A stretch of 63,203 bases of DNA, counting the filler, from Octopus bimaculoides (lineage: Eukaryota), in NCBI RefSeq assembly GCF_001194135.2. It is 12 parts of 12 records of this genome, joined end to end, with 100 filler letters (N's around TTAATTAATTAA, not from the genome) between each part and the next. Parts side by side here need not be neighbours in the genome. Positions count along the whole stretch, not along the records: positions 62,121 to 63,203 come from NC_068985.1; 11 more parts are not named here. One strand, given 5' to 3'. The stretch's first letter is position 1; each line of letters starts with the position of its first letter. The notes below the pieces were generated by a model, which was not told the origin of the DNA, did no database searches, and saw only the letters and a program-made list of their open reading frames with translations. Below, piece by piece: positions 63,172 to 63,203 of the stretch. A program made the translations under genes and the position numbers.

Positions 63172-63203
63172 TACATTATATATATATATATATATATATA
63201 TAT

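Overview
AT-rich, microsatellite-saturated animal genomic DNA. The SINE/LINE repertoire points to an octopus (coleoid cephalopod); this is inference, not verified. The window is not contiguous. Eleven identical 100-bp artificial linkers (44 N + TTAATTAATTAA + 44 N) join 12 unrelated scaffolds: 1-4462, 4563-5721, 5822-17120, 17221-23155, 23256-28749, 28850-33366, 33467-37892, 37993-56475, 56576-58598, 58699-59786, 59887-62020 and 62121-63203. Host genes: an almost complete PRIMPOL (11 phase-consistent GT-AG exons, minus strand, 42189-55188, N-terminal exon(s) not found), two exons of an SLK/STK10-type Ste20 kinase (35372-37478), and one probable adhesion-GPCR GAIN-domain exon (58058-58189). The rest is mobile DNA: several tRNA-derived SINE families, R4/Dong-like, RTE, CR1 and L1/Tx1 LINE fragments, Penelope-like remnants, mariner, piggyBac and hAT relics and MITEs, and foldback elements. 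The most interesting signals are (i) minimal type I hammerhead-ribozyme motifs from three unrelated repeat families (2547-2587; 8143-8188 and 29095-29140; 32017-32107), (ii) an apparently complete, internally deleted non-autonomous Dong/R4 element and a chimeric sister copy inside a (TAA)n-centred retroelement pile-up, and (iii) a triplicated acidic RPA-binding-like motif in the PrimPol tail. All alignments and folds were done by eye; no searches or folding programs were run.
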